Of a DNA stretch of 64,000 nucleotides, positions 60,516-64,000 are shown in pieces. The stretch is taken from contig CM076001.1 in the NCBI GenBank assembly GCA_038087875.1, forward strand, positions 994,001 to 1,058,000, read 5' to 3'. Position numbers and translations under genes: made by a program. Under the pieces are notes generated by a model, which saw only the letters and a list, made by a program, of their open reading frames with translations, had not been told where the DNA came from and did no database searches. The DNA comes from Malacoraja senta (taxonomy: Eukaryota). Position 1 is the first letter of the stretch; the number at the start of each line of letters is the position of its first letter.

Positions 60516-61981
60516 ATCCAGCCTCTCCTTATAATTCAAACCTTCCAGACTCAGTAACACCTTGCAAATCTTTTTTTGTACTGTTTCCATTTTAATGGGC
60601 TGGTGTCATCTTTAGCTGTAAGGAAAAATTGCATTTTGCTTTCATATTTCTGTGTTATTTCTTCTAAAAGAGTGCAAGAAAATCTCAGCCAACTAAAACT
60701 ACACAAAAATATTAAGAGATGATCCAGGTTAATTTTAAAATAATTGAGAGCATGGAAACCATTGAGCAGAGGGACCAGCTGACAATTCACCTGGACTTTG
60801 GTGAACATAAGTCCATATCCACATATTATGAGTCCAAAATGACCCACCAAACACAAAGGTTTGGGAAGAAAATCATCTTCCAGAGTGCATGCCTAAGGCA
60901 GGTAATAAGCTCCTTGTGTGTGTTTCAAGAAAATAAGTGCCTAGTTGAAGATCCCAACACAGTGAATGAGGCCCCGATACATTCAGGAAAAGTTGATCCA
61001 AATGCAATTAACCAGAGGACTTTAAAGAGGCTATGAGCAAAAACATCAATTGTGCTGAAGATTTACCACAAAGAGTGGCCCTGCACTTTACAAGTACAGA
61101 GACTTGGCACAGACAAACACATATATAAACCATTTCCTTGAACCCAAAATTTTAAAAGGGTTGATTGTACCAGGATGGAAGATTCAAGCGGATAGAGGAA
61201 AAGATTCAAGAATTGCTCGAAGTTTCCAAAGGACTAGTTTTGGTCTTTCCAATACATGAAATTTCTAAACATGCAATACTCGATATCAGGCAGCAGTCTA
61301 ACAGTTTGGAGACTGTGATTGAATCGAGAGAGATGGCAGTGAGGTCGAACTGGGTGTCATCAATGTAGTTGTGGAAATATACGCCGTGCTTTCTAATGAT
61401 GCTGTTCAGTCCTGGATGCGTAATGACAGTGATAATGTTTATCTAAAAAAAGTGCATTTATGCCATACTAATTTTGGTGCATATTTTACAGCATCAATTT
61501 AAAAAGGCAGTAAAATTTTAGCACCAATAGTTTAACAAATTAATTAGACCAATTATTGCAGGGTAGATCCAATTAATTTTAGCCGAGCAGCATACCCTCT
61601 GTTGCGAGATAGCGGACATACCTGAATATCTTCTAGTTACTCACATTCCAGGTGTCGTTAATCTATAAGGAACAACAAAGATGGACATTGATTTTTATTA
61701 TCATTAACAATTTAAATAAGAAAACAGCTAACCTTGAAATATTAATGCAGCAGTGAGTATCATACATCATGGCAGAGAAAAGGGAAATACATTGTTCAAC
61801 ACCAGCTGCACACCGATGAAGTGAAAGAAGGTTACACAACTCCGTTTGGCTGAGACTTATAACTGCAGGTATGATTATTAATAATTGTATCAACATTTTC
61901 ATGGCATTGGAGATTTTAAAAAATGTTTAAATTACTTATTTGTCCAGACGTTGGAATGCTGCTTTTTACCGCACTATACAA

Positions 61982-62416
61982 TCTATACATAACTAAAACT
62001 CTGATCTTGTGCTCTTCCAGTTTGCGGGGTTTTTCTATTTGCGCAAAAACGGTACACGATAGTGCTATGATTTTCCGCCAGGTTACTCACCGTTCTCCTG
62101 TGCTGCGAGTGCAACAAGTTTCGTTCCGATCGGTGGTATATTGTAAAACTTATTGAGGTTTAAAAATCTTTAAAAAGGCGCGCGCAGATTCCTTCAGTCA
62201 GCGCCACACAGATTTGTCTCTTCTCCTGTCAGTGAATGTCAGGGCTGGGATTGCGACGCCCCTTCCTGCCCCACCGGCAGCGGCCTGTCCCGCCTCACAA
62301 ACTCACAAACTCCTCTCTCCCCTCCTCACAGTAACTTGTCTATCATGATGCTGCTTTTTATGGATGGAGGGAGGGAGTGACTGAGGGTAAGGCGAGGGAG
62401 GGAGAGGTGAGGGAGG
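61982..62416 (+). mobile_element. Helitron-like element, 5' part (runs into gap)
   Basis: A|TCTATACATAACTAAAA start; AAGTTTCGTTCCGATCGG motif; sister of 31030-31352. Confidence 0.65.
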
Positions 62417-62616
62417 NNNNNNNNNNNNNNNNNNNNNNNNNNNNNNNNNNNNNNNNNNNNNNNNNNNNNNNNNNNNNNNNNNNNNNNNNNNNNNNNNNNN
62501 NNNNNNNNNNNNNNNNNNNNNNNNNNNNNNNNNNNNNNNNNNNNNNNNNNNNNNNNNNNNNNNNNNNNNNNNNNNNNNNNNNNNNNNNNNNNNNNNNNNN
62601 NNNNNNNNNNNNNNNN
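62417..62616. other. Assembly gap (200 N)
   Basis: Run of N. Confidence 1.
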
Positions 62617-63003
62617 TCATCCTTCCTCTTCCAAAGTCCACAATCAGTTCCTTGGTTTTACTGATATTGAGAGCCAGGTTGTTTGTGCTTGCACCATTTG
62701 GTCAATTGGTCGATCTCACTTCTATACTCTGACTCATCGCCATCCGTAATTCGTCGCACAATGGTGGTGTCGTCGGCAAACTTGACAATGGAGTTTGCAC
62801 TATGTCCGGCTACACAGTCATGAGTATAGAGTGAGTAGAGCAGGGGGCCGAGCATGCAGCCTTGAGGTGCTCCCATACTGATTGTTATTGAGGGTGAGGT
62901 ATTTCTGCCAATTCGAACAGACTGTGGTCTGTGGATGAGGAAGTCGAGGATCCAATTACAGAGGGATGCGCAGAGACCCAGTTCCGTGAGCTTGGTAACC
63001 AGC
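62617..63003 (-). mobile_element. Rex1/Babar LINE RT fragment
   Basis: [42 protein letters not shown]. Confidence 0.9.
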
Positions 63004-64000
63004 TTTTTTTTTGGATCAAAACATTATTTATTTAATTTCAACACGATACAAAAACAAAAACAAAAAAAAACGTGGTGACATACCCACCACCATGTTACAA
63101 AAGCATCAAACAACTATTTTACAAATATTCTAATAACTACTATACAACCCCGGTAAAGGGGCAAGCATCTGGCTCGGACAAAGCCCTCTTCCGCCTAGCG
63201 CCGGGACTCGTGGATGGCCAGCTTGGCCAGGCATAGGAGCAACCCAACCAGGACATCTTCAGCCCTGCCTAATCCCTAGATCCCATCACCAGTCCTTCGG
63301 TCACTGACAGCAGAGCCACTCCTCCCCTTGTGGACCCTAGGTGGAGTGGCGGCGCTTCTTGCACTCCGGACCCTGGCTACAAGGGACGCTCTACTGATCC
63401 CTCTATGCTCAACAGGAACGACGCTGCTCTTGGTCTTGGCGTCCTTCTCCAGGTCGTCCAAGAAGGACCTGAGATGACGCCTATCATTCCCCTTCGCCCC
63501 CTTGCCCCTCCACCTCCTTCTGAGAATGAGGTTGAGTGAGCTGGTGAGCCTGTGTAAGTTTGGCAAACGGAGGGAGGCCAGTCTGGGCCGATGTTGGGCT
63601 CCTTCATTGGCCTGGATGAACTCGCGGATTTCCTCCACTGGAATGAGTGGAGTGGTGTCGGGGGGAGCGAGAACATCCATTGATTCATTGTCCGAGGAGT
63701 CCCCTTCCACCAGCTCACTGCAGATGGAGACACCATCCCCATCCCCTGACACACCCTTAGTGCTCGATACTCCTGCCCCTTCCTGTGCGGCGGTTGCCTC
63801 TTTCCCACCCGCTGGTCTCTCCTCCACCTCAGTCCAAACCCTGAGGCCAGTGGCAGAGGGGCCCTCCCCAGATGTACCCAGGGAGTCAAGACCATCGACA
63901 TTGGGTACATCTGGTGGACTCTGGTGCACCAGACTCAGGGAGTCCCTCTGGAGCCAGGCCCTGAGGGAGAGAAGGGCTCGTTTCCCTAACCCCCTCCCCA
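63004..64000 (-). mobile_element. Internally deleted L1/Tx1-clade LINE with poly(A) tail (continues beyond window)
   Basis: Poly-T at 63004 and AATAAA on the minus strand; ORF2 C-terminal piece GRAEDVLVGLLLCLAKLAIHESRR; upstream ORF1-like LIPVEEIREFIQANEG...LRSFLDDL. Confidence 0.65.

Overview
Eukaryotic, repeat-rich, essentially non-coding vertebrate DNA. The repeat families (HE1-type tRNA/V-SINEs with (CTAAA)n tails, HER1-type CR1 LINEs with (TTTCTATG)n/(TATCTATG)n tails) point to a cartilaginous fish, probably a skate or ray; this is inferred from sequence only. No complete host gene is visible. The window holds layered mobile elements. (1) A structurally complete but decayed Ty3/Gypsy provirus (43869-54188, minus, ATAGT TSD) has both LTRs split by independent CR1 insertions; one is a full-length CR1 that is itself split by a young L2. 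(2) A near-intact CR1 ORF2 is nested in a Helitron-like element (26490-31352), which has a second copy at 61982. (3) PIF/Harbinger MITEs are present, one inserted in the TIR of another. (4) There are Penelope-like, L2, Rex/Babar and L1/Tx1 fragments. The most notable items are: an isolated TDP2-like first exon (UBA-like domain plus GTAAGT donor, 12495-12650, minus) abutting a hAT-like transposon end; tiny Penelope-derived insertions carrying minimal hammerhead-ribozyme motifs with 13-14 bp TSDs; and a 590-bp extra, exon-like segment in one Helitron copy. Between the repeats are AT-rich unique blocks that may be conserved enhancers. A 200-N assembly gap lies at 62417-62616. Family names come from motif recognition by eye, not from database searches.
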